Shown: piece after piece, positions 18,387 to 27,966 of the stretch
How positions within the stretch are numbered: position 1 is the stretch's first letter
How the letters are laid out: every line of letters starts with the position of its first letter
Assembly: GCA_965649115.1 (NCBI GenBank)
Contig: CBFGJN010000002.1
Location: 987 to 64,986, forward strand
Direction: 5' to 3'
DNA from: a candidate division WOR-3 bacterium
Lineage (GTDB): Bacteria; Hydrothermota; Hydrothermia; LBFQ01; DSFT01
DNA length: 64,000 nt
Notes under the pieces: model-generated
The model's database searches: none
Seen by the model: only the letters and a program-made list of their open reading frames with translations
What the model was told of the DNA's origin: nothing
Made by a program: the position numbers and the translations under genes

Positions 18387-19811
18387 ATGAAAGAGCTTTT
18401 AAGGGATATTTTTAGAAAAAGGACATATGACCCTGAAAAAACGCAGTTTGTAAGAAAGCTTGGTGTTCTTGATCTTACGGGAATAGGTATAGGTGCTATT
18501 ATAGGTGCTGGTATTTTTGTAATTACAGGGCAAGTTGCTGCTAATTATGCTGGTCCTGCAATTGTTTTATCGTTTATTCTTGCGGGATTAACTGTTCTTG
18601 TAAGTGCTCTTGTTTATGCTGAATTAAGTTCAAGATTTCCAATAACGGGTAGTGCTTATAGTTATACTTATACTTCATTTGGAGAGTTTTTGGCTTGGCT
18701 TGTTGGTTGGAACTTACTTCTTGAATATGGAGTTTCGGTTGCAGCAGTAGCAAGTGGATGGTCTGGCTATTTTCGATCATTATTAGAAAAAAGTTTTGGT
18801 ATTCATTTCCCTGATATTATTAGTGGGAAATCACCTATTTTTTTAAATTTACATTTTGATTTAATAGCATTTCTTGTAGTTATAGCAGTTTTCATTTTGT
18901 TATTTATTGGAATAAAGGAAAGTTCAAGTGTTAATTTATTTATTGTTTTTATAAAATTATTTACACTTGGTTTATTTTTAGCAGTAGGTTTGTTTATTGT
19001 TGGTATTGATTTGAATAATCTTAATCCTTTTATACCTGAACCTTCAAAGAATTTTAAGGGTGAAGATGCTTATGGATGGTTTGGTATTTTAAGAGCTGCA
19101 AGTATTATTATTTTTGCTTATCTTGGATTTGATGCAGTTTCAACAGTTGCAGAAGAGGCTAAAAATCCTACAAAAACTGTTCCTTTGGGTGTTTTATTAT
19201 CACTTTTAATTAGCACATTTTTATATATTAGTGTTAGTTTTACATTAACTGCTATTGCTCCTTATAAGGAACTTAATGTTTCTGATCCTTTGGCGAAAGC
19301 TATGTACATGCATGGACAAGTTCTTGTTGGGAATATCATAGCCATTGGTGCTATAATAACAATTACAAGTGTTATGATTACTATGGGACTTGGATTTACA
19401 AGAATTGCTTATGCATTAGCAAGAGATGGATTACTATTTAGTGCATTTTCAAAAGTTCATCCAAGGTTTAAAACACCTTATATTTCAACAATAGCAGGTG
19501 CAATTTTGCTTAGTATTTTAGCTGGTTTCGTTCCGTTGACTGAACTTGCAGAACTTGTAAATGTAGGAACATTATTTGCCTACTTTGTAGTTGGACTTTC
19601 AGTTTTATATTTAAGAATAAAGAATGAACCAGGTGGAACATATAGAGTTCCATTTCCTTGGGTGCTTATCCCTATAAATTTGGCTTTAATAATTTTTATA
19701 ACTTCTGGCCTTCCACCATTAACTTGGATAAGATTTTTTGTTTGGCTTATTATAGGAATTTTAATTTATGTGTTTTATGGTTATCATAAGTCTAGAAAAG
19801 TTTGGCGTTAA
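18387..19811 (+). CDS. Amino acid permease (APC superfamily)
   Basis: 12-TM topology and a GAGIFV...G motif near the N-terminus. A GGAGG RBS is present. Confidence 0.85.
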   Translation: MKELLRDIFRKRTYDPEKTQFVRKLGVLDLTGIGIGAIIGAGIFVITGQVAANYAGPAIVLSFILAGLTVLVSALVYAELSSRFPITGSAYSYTYTSFGEFLAWLVGWNLLLEYGVSVAAVASGWSGYFRSLLEKSFGIHFPDIISGKSPIFLNLHFDLIAFLVVIAVFILLFIGIKESSSVNLFIVFIKLFTLGLFLAVGLFIVGIDLNNLNPFIPEPSKNFKGEDAYGWFGILRAASIIIFAYLGFDAVSTVAEEAKNPTKTVPLGVLLSLLISTFLYISVSFTLTAIAPYKELNVSDPLAKAMYMHGQVLVGNIIAIGAIITITSVMITMGLGFTRIAYALARDGLLFSAFSKVHPRFKTPYISTIAGAILLSILAGFVPLTELAELVNVGTLFAYFVVGLSVLYLRIKNEPGGTYRVPFPWVLIPINLALIIFITSGLPPLTWIRFFVWLIIGILIYVFYGYHKSRKVWR

Positions 19812-19823
19812 CAAGAATAAGGC

Positions 19824-19895
19824 ACTACAACATTGCTTTGTCCAGTAAATAATGTTAAGTAAAAAGCCCCCCGAAGCCGAAATATGGCACTACAA
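19824..19895. repeat. B-module fragment plus GC hairpin flanked by 12-bp direct repeats GGCACTACAACA
   Basis: GGCACTACAACA occurs at 19822 and again at 19884, bracketing a B-terminus fragment (GCTTTGTCCAGTAAATAATGTTAAGT) and a GC hairpin (GCCCCCCGAAGCCGAAATATGGC). Confidence 0.5.
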
Positions 19896-19926
19896 CATAA
19901 TTTATTTACTTTAAAATTTTGAAACT

Positions 19927-21033
19927 ATGAGATATTTCTCAATAATTTTCATTTTTTCTTTTGCTTATGCAGGTGTTAGTGCGACCTCAACAAAAATATA
20001 TGTTCAACAAGAGAATTGGCAAAAGGCTCTTGAAAATGCCCAAAAATGGAAAGATGAAGAACCGAACAATGCAGAACCTTACTTATGGTTAGGTTATATT
20101 TATACGAGATTAAGCGATTATAAAAATGCAGGCTTATCTTTTCTTGAAGGATATAATAAAAATCCAAAATTATATCAAAGGAAAGAATTTGAAAAAAAAC
20201 TATCTATAAGTGGTCAAAATTTAATAAATTTTGATCAATTTCTTATTGCTATTACGAACTCTGCCATTCAGTTTTACAACGAGGAAAATTATGAGAATGC
20301 TATAAAAATTTCAGAATTTATTATAAATCTTGATCCAAATAATGCTAATGCTTATCAAATTCTATCAAGTTCATATCAAATTTTAGCTCAAAAGGAAAAA
20401 GATGAAAATAAAAAGTTGGAGCTTTTAAACAAATCAAGAAAATTGTTAGAAACATATAATGAAAAAAATCCTAATGACCCAAAGGCAAAGTATTTCTTAT
20501 CGTTGTTCTATTACGATGATGCACAAAGTAGTTTATTGAAAAATGACACGATAAATTATAAAGAAAATCTTAAAAAAGCCAAGCAAATTCTTGAAAGCGC
20601 TATAAAAATTGATAGCACGAAACCTGAAATGTTTTTTCAATTGGCAGAAATTAACTTTGAACTTGGAGATTATAACGGCGCAATTTTAAATTATGAAAAA
20701 TCTTTAAAGTACGATAGCACAAAATTTGAAACATATTACAATTTATCCATATCTTATATGAAAGTTAAAAATTACGATTTAGCTTTGAAAAACCTTTTAA
20801 AGGCAAATGAAATAAAACCAAATGAATATCAAGTTTTATATTTCATAAGCCTTTTAAATTTTGAAAAGAAAAATTACAAAGATGCATTAAATTGGATAGA
20901 AAAGGCAATATCAGTTAAAGAAACATCAGAAGCCTATGAGTTAAAAGCAAATATATTAAAGGAACTAAAAAGGAATGAAGAAGCACTTAAAGCAATTGAA
21001 AAAGCAGAAAGTTTAAAAAAGAAAGGATTATGA
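19927..21033 (+). CDS. TPR-repeat protein with signal peptide
   Basis: Repeated 34-aa TPR-like units (A..Y..LG..Y). Confidence 0.65.
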   Translation: MRYFSIIFIFSFAYAGVSATSTKIYVQQENWQKALENAQKWKDEEPNNAEPYLWLGYIYTRLSDYKNAGLSFLEGYNKNPKLYQRKEFEKKLSISGQNLINFDQFLIAITNSAIQFYNEENYENAIKISEFIINLDPNNANAYQILSSSYQILAQKEKDENKKLELLNKSRKLLETYNEKNPNDPKAKYFLSLFYYDDAQSSLLKNDTINYKENLKKAKQILESAIKIDSTKPEMFFQLAEINFELGDYNGAILNYEKSLKYDSTKFETYYNLSISYMKVKNYDLALKNLLKANEIKPNEYQVLYFISLLNFEKKNYKDALNWIEKAISVKETSEAYELKANILKELKRNEEALKAIEKAESLKKKGL

Positions 21034-21558
21034 ATGAAAAACATTCTTGAAAATATCGTTTATTACTTTTTAGGAATGATATTTGTAGGTATAATTATTT
21101 GGCTACTATTGGATTTTTTAATTATGCCTTTTGTTGTAAGGAAAGGTGATGAAATTATAATGCCTAATGTTATAGGAATGAATGTTGATTCAGCAAGCAA
21201 AATTTTAAAAGAATATAGTCTAAATCCAATTATTGATACGCTTATACCTTCAAGTATTTATCCAAAAGGTTTCATTATAGAACAAAACCCAAGTCCTAAT
21301 TATAAAGTAAAGAAACATAGAAAGGTTTTTTTAGTTGTTAGTGGAGGAATTGAATTTGTTTCTGTTCCTAATGTTATAGGAAAAAGGAGGGATGAGGCGG
21401 AGGATATATTAAAAAGTTATGGTTTTGAAGTTGAAGTTGAATATAGTTTAGTTAAAGGAATGGAAAGTGATATTGTTCTTGATATTTCTCCAAGTGTTAA
21501 TAGTAAAATTCCAAAAGGCTCAAAAGTAAAAATTTTTGTTAGTAAAGAAACATTATGA
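21034..21558 (+). CDS. PASTA-domain membrane protein (two PASTA repeats)
   Basis: N-terminal TM segment, then two copies of VPNVIG...A...L motifs. Confidence 0.7.
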   Translation: MKNILENIVYYFLGMIFVGIIIWLLLDFLIMPFVVRKGDEIIMPNVIGMNVDSASKILKEYSLNPIIDTLIPSSIYPKGFIIEQNPSPNYKVKKHRKVFLVVSGGIEFVSVPNVIGKRRDEAEDILKSYGFEVEVEYSLVKGMESDIVLDISPSVNSKIPKGSKVKIFVSKETL

Positions 21559-22526
21559 TACTGAAAGCTAATGAAGAGAATATAAGAAAAGCAAGTGAGA
21601 TTATAAAAAATGGTGGATTAGTTGCATTTCCAACGGAAACCGTTTATGGTCTTGGTGCAAATGCATTAAATAAAGATGCAGTTATTAAAATTTTTGAAAT
21701 TAAAGAAAGACCTTTATTTGACCCTTTAATTGTTCATATTGACGATATTAAATGGTTAGAAAAATTAACAATTGAAATTAGTGATATTGCCAAAAAATTA
21801 ATTGAAAAATTTTGGCCTGGACCTCTTACAATTGTTTTTAAAAAATCTGAAATTGTTCCTTATATTACAACAGGAGGACTTGAAACAGTAGCTATTAGAA
21901 TGCCAAAAAACGAAATTGCATTAAAGTTAATTAGATATTCAAATGTTCCAATAGCAGCACCAAGTGCTAATAAATTTGGATACTTAAGCCCAACAAATGC
22001 TCAAATGGTTTATGAGCAATTTAAAGATAGTATTGACATTATATTAGATGGAGGTAAAACGGAATTTGGTATAGAGTCAACAATTGTTTATATTGAGAAT
22101 GAAGAAGTTCATATTTTAAGAATTGGGGCTATTGAAATTGAAGAAATAGAAAGTCTTTTAAATAAAAATGTTAAAATTTCCCAAAAAGTTAAAAGTCCTG
22201 GACAATTCAAATATCATTATTCTCCAATTACAAAACTAAAAACATTCAAAGATTTACAAGATATTAAAGATGAAATAAAGAAGTATAATAAAGTTGTTAT
22301 TTTAACAGCAAAGAAGGAAAATGTTAATTTTGATAATGTTATTTATGATTATTTTAGTGAAAGTGGAGATTATAAAGAGATTGCTAAAAACTTATTTGAA
22401 AAATTATATTTTTATGATAAAATAAAAGCTGATATTATCTTTGTTCAACTTGTTGAAGAGAAAGGAATAGGAAGAGCTATCGTTGATAGATTGAAGAAAG
22501 CAGAAAGCAGATATTATGGAAATTAA
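21555..22526 (+). CDS. tsaC: L-threonylcarbamoyladenylate synthase (Sua5/YrdC, long form)
   Basis: VAFPTETVYGLGANA YrdC motif and a C-terminal Sua5 domain. Confidence 0.85.
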   Translation: MILKANEENIRKASEIIKNGGLVAFPTETVYGLGANALNKDAVIKIFEIKERPLFDPLIVHIDDIKWLEKLTIEISDIAKKLIEKFWPGPLTIVFKKSEIVPYITTGGLETVAIRMPKNEIALKLIRYSNVPIAAPSANKFGYLSPTNAQMVYEQFKDSIDIILDGGKTEFGIESTIVYIENEEVHILRIGAIEIEEIESLLNKNVKISQKVKSPGQFKYHYSPITKLKTFKDLQDIKDEIKKYNKVVILTAKKENVNFDNVIYDYFSESGDYKEIAKNLFEKLYFYDKIKADIIFVQLVEEKGIGRAIVDRLKKAESRYYGN

Positions 22527-23406
22527 AAATAATGATTTAATTAAAATAATAAAAAATCATTATGGTGAAGAATTTGAAAAATTTATTGAGTGGGCAAGAT
22601 TTCCATTAAGACCAATTATAAGGATAAATACAATTAAAGCGGATATTAATGATGTTTATGATAGACTAACAAATAAAGGGTTTATACTCTCAAAAATTGA
22701 TTTTATAAATTTTGCTTTTAGAGTAGAGTACTATCCTTATGAAATTGGAAAAACGCTTGAACACTATCTTGGATACATATATGTTCAAGAATTGTCCTCT
22801 ATGATACCTGCTATTTTATTAGAACCAAAAGAAAATGAAATTATCTTAGATTTATGTTCTGCTCCTGGTTCAAAGACAACGTTAATTTCTCAACTTATGA
22901 ATAATAAAGGTGTTATAATTGCTAATGATGTTGATATAGATAGGACATCAGTTTTAGCATTTAATGTTGATAGAATGGGTTGTTTAAATGTTATCATAAC
23001 TCAATATAAAGGTGAAATTTTTCATAATTATTATGAAAATTATTTTGATAAGGTTTTGGTTGATGCACCTTGCTCCGCTGTCGGAACTTTACACAAAAAT
23101 AAAGAAGTTATTAAATGGTTTAATTATAAAAAAGTTAAAGAATTTTCAAAATTACAAAAAAATTTAATTGAAAGTGCTTTTAGGTGTTTGAAAGAAGGCG
23201 GTTATTTAATTTATTCAACTTGTACAATTACCTATGAAGAAAATGAAGAAGTAGTAGATTATTTATTAAAAAAATATCAAAATGCGAAAGTTGAAAAAAT
23301 TTCTTTGAATTTTAATGAATATTATAATGATTATTTGAATTATGGGATTTATTTAAAGTTTGGTGAATTTGAGCCATTTTATATTTGTAAAATAAGAAAA
23401 ATATGA
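22516..23406 (+). CDS. RsmB/NOP2-family rRNA (cytosine-C5) methyltransferase
   Basis: DLCSAPGSKTT SAM motif and DAPCSAVGT catalytic Cys motif. Confidence 0.8.
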   Translation: MEIKNNDLIKIIKNHYGEEFEKFIEWARFPLRPIIRINTIKADINDVYDRLTNKGFILSKIDFINFAFRVEYYPYEIGKTLEHYLGYIYVQELSSMIPAILLEPKENEIILDLCSAPGSKTTLISQLMNNKGVIIANDVDIDRTSVLAFNVDRMGCLNVIITQYKGEIFHNYYENYFDKVLVDAPCSAVGTLHKNKEVIKWFNYKKVKEFSKLQKNLIESAFRCLKEGGYLIYSTCTITYEENEEVVDYLLKKYQNAKVEKISLNFNEYYNDYLNYGIYLKFGEFEPFYICKIRKI

Positions 23407-23780
23407 GGATTTTGGCTATTGATTATGGTAGGAAAAAATGTGGAATAGCTATAACTGATAAAGAAAATAAAATTGTAATTCCTTATGGTATTATCAAAAC
23501 ATCGGAAATTATTCAAAAATTAAAGGAAATTATAAATCAAAAAGAGGTTAAAAAAATTGTAATTGGCCTTCCACTTTCATTAAGTGGCAAGGAACTTGAA
23601 ATTACCAAAGATGTTTATAGTCTTAAAGAAAAAATTGAAAAAGAATTTCATTTAGAAGTGATACTATTTGATGAAAGAATGACAAGTAAGATATTTAAAG
23701 AAAAGAACAACGATGACTTATCAGCTATGATTATATTAGAAAATTATTTAAAATTTTCTAAAATTCAAAAGCTTTCGTAA
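23403..23780 (+). CDS. ruvX: Holliday-junction resolvase-like RuvX/YqgF
   Basis: MRILAIDYGRKKCGIAITD N-terminus. Confidence 0.85.
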   Translation: MRILAIDYGRKKCGIAITDKENKIVIPYGIIKTSEIIQKLKEIINQKEVKKIVIGLPLSLSGKELEITKDVYSLKEKIEKEFHLEVILFDERMTSKIFKEKNNDDLSAMIILENYLKFSKIQKLS

Positions 23781-24717
23781 AACTTGTATTGTCAAAGTAG
23801 ATTTTCAAAATATACAAACCGTTTTTCAATTTTAGTTTTATTTCATGCTCTCCAGGTTTCATAAATCCTATATCTCTTTCTTCTACTTTACTTCCATTTA
23901 TTGAGAAAATCTCGTATCTTAAATACCTTTCATTGATAAGGTTTATTATTAATTTGCCATTTTTTATATCAAACTTATCAAAGGGTAATTTGGCTTTCTC
24001 ATCATTTGAGAGTGGAGTAAATGTTCCACAGGAACCACTTGCTACCCATTTTGTTATTCTTTCAAGGTAGTTGTTCGTTCCAGGATCCACACAATTCCAC
24101 GAAAAACAATGGTCAGTATATACAATTCTGCCGTTTCCATAATTTCCAACCATTAATGTTGGATCATTTGGTCCATTTGTTGGATCTATAATTAGTACGC
24201 TCCACGAGTTACTCCACGAACCTTCAATATCATAATCACCCGAGGTTTCAGCTATATTCAATCCAGATGTTATTGGGTGTAGTGGAGCGAGTGGTGTATA
24301 TTGTTGGCAGCTTGAAGTCCCGCAGTTCCACCAAGCACTTGAAACAGAAATTGAAAAGATAGCTGGTAAAGTGGGAACATTTCCTGCTTGATTTGGTTGA
24401 TTTATCCAATAACCTCCACCCATGAGAACGTAGTTTTGTAAGTTTGTCGATAGGAAGCCTAATGACCATATTGCTTGAATATCTACTAAAACAACATCAT
24501 ATTTACATAGCGAATCTGCACTTATATTTCCAAGGTTATTCACCTGAACTTGATAAACACTAGCACCAAGTGAAGATAACCTACTTGGAGTATCGTAAAG
24601 ATTTGAATAGATATACAGAACCTTTACTCCATTTAGAGCATTTAGGCCAACTTCGGGATTTTTATAATTTCCTTCTGTTCTTCCATCACTATAAAATAAG
24701 AAGTTAAGGATTAGCAT
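23758..24717 (-). CDS. Secreted hypothetical protein with T9SS-type C-terminal sorting domain-like tail
   Basis: The C-terminal ~80 aa beta-rich tail (GKLIINLINERYLRYEIFSINGSKV...LYILKIYF) resembles Por/T9SS C-terminal domains. The start was placed at the Met preceded by TTTAAAATTATTTTT. The track's TTG at 24738 is the alternative. Confidence 0.5.
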   Translation of the reverse strand: MLILNFLFYSDGRTEGNYKNPEVGLNALNGVKVLYIYSNLYDTPSRLSSLGASVYQVQVNNLGNISADSLCKYDVVLVDIQAIWSLGFLSTNLQNYVLMGGGYWINQPNQAGNVPTLPAIFSISVSSAWWNCGTSSCQQYTPLAPLHPITSGLNIAETSGDYDIEGSWSNSWSVLIIDPTNGPNDPTLMVGNYGNGRIVYTDHCFSWNCVDPGTNNYLERITKWVASGSCGTFTPLSNDEKAKLPFDKFDIKNGKLIINLINERYLRYEIFSINGSKVEERDIGFMKPGEHEIKLKLKNGLYILKIYFDNTSFTKAFEF

Positions 24718-24746
24718 AAAAATAATTTTAAAGCACAACTTTTTAC

Positions 24747-25043
24747 TGCTTTGTCTAGTAATTCTAAAAATATGATTATTTCTATATTTTCCCCACCCAC
24801 CCTATATTTAAGCCTTTGGCTTTAAAATACCCATTTTTCGGCAGAGGGGGGCTTTTTACTTAACACTATTTACTAGACAAAGCTACTTTTTACTGATTTT
24901 GCCTTGTCTAAGAATTCTAAAAATATATATTTTACTATATTTTTCCCACCCGCCCTGAAATTAAGCTTTTCCGCTTAAAAATACCCCAACTTTTGCCTAT
25001 AGGGGGCTTTCACCCCCATTAAATCCTATTTATTGGACAAAGC
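24747..25043. repeat. Tandem array of A(-), B(+) short, A(-), B(+) modules filling the spacer between two minus-strand genes
   Basis: Each module was recognised by alignment to the copies listed above. Confidence 0.75.
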
Positions 25044-25095
25044 GGAAAAATAAAACTTTGCTTCATAAATAACCTTTTTTAGGCATTTGGGGGCT

Positions 25096-25485
25096 TTAAT
25101 TTTTGATTTTTTTTCTTATTTCATTCGCTCTTTCTTTTAAACCCATTTTTTCATAAATTTCTGCCATTTTTTTATAAACTTCATTTTCAAGTTTTGAATT
25201 ATAACCATAAGTTTTTTGGATATATTTTATAAGTTCGTTATATACAAGAAGTGTAGTTTCATATTCCTTTTTTTCTTCAAGAGCTTTTGCTAGAAGAAGA
25301 TGGGCATTTATAATCGTATCTGAAATTTCTTTATATCTTGGAACTTTTCTTAAAAAGTTTTTCAAATAGTAAATTGAAGAATCGTAATTTTTTAAGTTAT
25401 AGAAATAAATTGCTTTTTTGTATTCGGAAATATCTATATCCTTTAAATTATTTTGACAGGATAAAAGTAAAATGAAAAAAATCAA
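25096..25485 (-). CDS. TPR-like lipoprotein
   Basis: The annotated N-terminus (to 25584) is translated from a B-type repeat. A TTG at 25485 gives MIFFILLLSCQ with a lipobox. Confidence 0.45.
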   Translation of the reverse strand: MIFFILLLSCQNNLKDIDISEYKKAIYFYNLKNYDSSIYYLKNFLRKVPRYKEISDTIINAHLLLAKALEEKKEYETTLLVYNELIKYIQKTYGYNSKLENEVYKKMAEIYEKMGLKERANEIRKKIKN

Positions 25486-25628
25486 TGTTCTAATGCTGTG
25501 TCCGTATTTCGGCTTTGGGGGGCAAAGCTCCCCATTAAAACCCAGCATAAAATCAAGAATTTCAGAAAATTTTTTATAAATCATTGATTATCAAGCATTT
25601 AACAACATTTATTGGACAAAGCAACATT

Positions 25629-26594
25629 CTAATTAAAAATTCCATTTTCAGTTATATAACCTGTTATAAGATGTTTTGGTGTTATATCAAAAGCATAGTT
25701 TAAAACATTCGCACTTTCAATAGTAATTAAAAAGTTCTTGAATTTTATAACTTCATCTTTTTTTCTCTTTTCTATTATAACTTCTTCTAATTTTGAACTT
25801 TTGTCAATTGTTGATGTTGGGAAAGCTGTCCAAAAAGGAATTTTATAATAATTACATAAAATTGCGATATTTAATGTTCCAATTTTATTTATTAATGTTC
25901 CATCGCTCAAAACTCTATCTGCTCCAACAATTGCTAAATCTATTTCTCCTTTTGACATAATAAAAGCAATAGAATTATCTGTTATTAATTCGTATGGAAT
26001 TTTTAATTTTTCAAGTTCATATATTGTAAGTCTTGAACCTTGTAAATAAGGTCTTGTTTCAGGAACAATAACTTTATTAATTAAATTATTTTCAAATGCT
26101 TTATAGATAATTCCAAGAGCAGTTCCAATTCCCGTTGTTGCTAAAAATCCTGTATTACAATAAGTTAAGACTGAACTTTTCTTTTTGAAAATTTTTAATC
26201 CATTTTGAGCAATTTTAAGGCACCTTTCTTTTTCTTCGTTATCCAAATTTATTACGAATCTGAATAATTCTTCTTGTAAATTTTTAGAATTTAAAATGAT
26301 TTTTTCAATTTCTTTTAAAGTATTAAATAAATTTACAGCTGTTGGTCTTGAATTTTTTAGAATTTCAATAGATTTTAATAATTTTTCTTTATTGTTTTTT
26401 TTCATTGCTTCTATTAAAATAGCATAACTACTTGCAATTGCTATTAATGGTGCCCCTCTTATTGCCATATTTTTTATTAAATTTGACATTTGATAAGCAC
26501 TTTTAACCTCTATGTAAATTTCATTAAATGGAAGTTTTCTTTGGTCTAAAATAAATAATTTGTTATTTTCAAAAATTAATGGTTTTGGTATCAT
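25629..26594 (-). CDS. mtnA: Methylthioribose-1-phosphate isomerase / eIF-2B alpha-beta-delta family
   Basis: Family-typical core (IRGAPLIAIA, GADRV..DG...NKIGT). Confidence 0.75.
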   Translation of the reverse strand: MIPKPLIFENNKLFILDQRKLPFNEIYIEVKSAYQMSNLIKNMAIRGAPLIAIASSYAILIEAMKKNNKEKLLKSIEILKNSRPTAVNLFNTLKEIEKIILNSKNLQEELFRFVINLDNEEKERCLKIAQNGLKIFKKKSSVLTYCNTGFLATTGIGTALGIIYKAFENNLINKVIVPETRPYLQGSRLTIYELEKLKIPYELITDNSIAFIMSKGEIDLAIVGADRVLSDGTLINKIGTLNIAILCNYYKIPFWTAFPTSTIDKSSKLEEVIIEKRKKDEVIKFKNFLITIESANVLNYAFDITPKHLITGYITENGIFN

Positions 26595-27923
26595 TTAGTT
26601 AGTAATTAATTTATCAATTTCATTAGCTTTTTCATGATTTCCTGCTTCAAGATATAGATTTTTTGCTTTCCTTAGATATTCATTAGCTACTTTCCTTTTG
26701 TTCATTTTTAGATAATTTAAACCAATATAATAGTAAATTTCGGGGATTTTTGAAATGAAGTTCTTATCTTTAAGGAGTTTTTCAAGTTGGATTATTGATT
26801 GAGAATATTCACCATTTAAATATAAGTTAATTGCCAAGTTGAATTTGCATTCGTCTAATTTACACTTTTTATAAAATTCAATAGCATTTTTATAATCTTT
26901 TGTTTGATTATAGCAGTTTCCAATTTCTAAATATGCATCATTCAAAAACGCATCTCCAATTGTAGTTTTAAAGAAAAATAAAATTGTTTTTTGTTTTGAA
27001 TTTATAAAAACTCTATAAATTTCAATAGCACTATTACATTTGTTTTCCTTGTAAAGTTTATATGCTTTTAGATAATCGTAATATTCATAAGTTGAATCAA
27101 AAATTTCTGGTCTTAAAATGTAAATTTCTTTAAGTAAATTTTTGGCAAGCTTTGTCTCTTCATCATTTGGATAATTTTTTATTAACATTAAAGCCCATTC
27201 ATAACTTTTTTCATAATTTGAAAGTTTAAAATAACTATAAGCATTTAAGTAAATTGCATTTCTAATATATTTGAAGTTTTGGTAATTTTTGGAAAGAATT
27301 GAAAAGTAATTTACGGCTTTGTCGTAAAATTCTGTTCTATAATATATCATTCCTATTCTATAAATTCCATAAGGTGTAAATGGACTATTTGGATAAGTCT
27401 CGTACAATTCTTGAAAATGTTTTAAAGCAATATCATAACTTTTTAGTAAATAAGCACAAAATCCACTTATAAATAAAAATGTATCACTTTTAAAGTTCTT
27501 TGATATATTATAAGCGGATGAATAATTTTTTAACTTTATATTTGTTAATGCTAATAAAAGGCTATCTTCATTATTACTTTCAAGGACATTATTATACAAT
27601 CCAAGATGATAAAGTATCCATAATTTGGAATTTTTTGAGAACTTAATAATTGAACTATCTTTTGATGTCCTAATAATTTTAGAATAAATTTCATCTGCCT
27701 TTTTATAATTTTTTTGATAATAATAGGCTTCTGCTAGAATGAGTTCTTCTTTTTCATTTTTAGGATTTTTATATTGTCTTAAAATAGTTTCAAATTTTTT
27801 GTTTTTGTATAAGCTGTCATCAATATTATAAAAAGGTTTTTGAATTTTTTCAATTTCAGACAAAAGATCAGTTTCTATTTGTTCTTCTATATCCTGAATT
27901 TGCGTTATTAAAAGAAATATCAT
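26595..27923 (-). CDS. TPR-repeat protein
   Basis: Many TPR units. The start is preceded by TTTAAAATTTTCAGACTT. Confidence 0.6.
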   Translation of the reverse strand: MIFLLITQIQDIEEQIETDLLSEIEKIQKPFYNIDDSLYKNKKFETILRQYKNPKNEKEELILAEAYYYQKNYKKADEIYSKIIRTSKDSSIIKFSKNSKLWILYHLGLYNNVLESNNEDSLLLALTNIKLKNYSSAYNISKNFKSDTFLFISGFCAYLLKSYDIALKHFQELYETYPNSPFTPYGIYRIGMIYYRTEFYDKAVNYFSILSKNYQNFKYIRNAIYLNAYSYFKLSNYEKSYEWALMLIKNYPNDEETKLAKNLLKEIYILRPEIFDSTYEYYDYLKAYKLYKENKCNSAIEIYRVFINSKQKTILFFFKTTIGDAFLNDAYLEIGNCYNQTKDYKNAIEFYKKCKLDECKFNLAINLYLNGEYSQSIIQLEKLLKDKNFISKIPEIYYYIGLNYLKMNKRKVANEYLRKAKNLYLEAGNHEKANEIDKLITN

Positions 27924-27966
27924 AAGTCTGAAAATTTTAAAGTTTGTGCCTTAAAATTTCAAGCTT

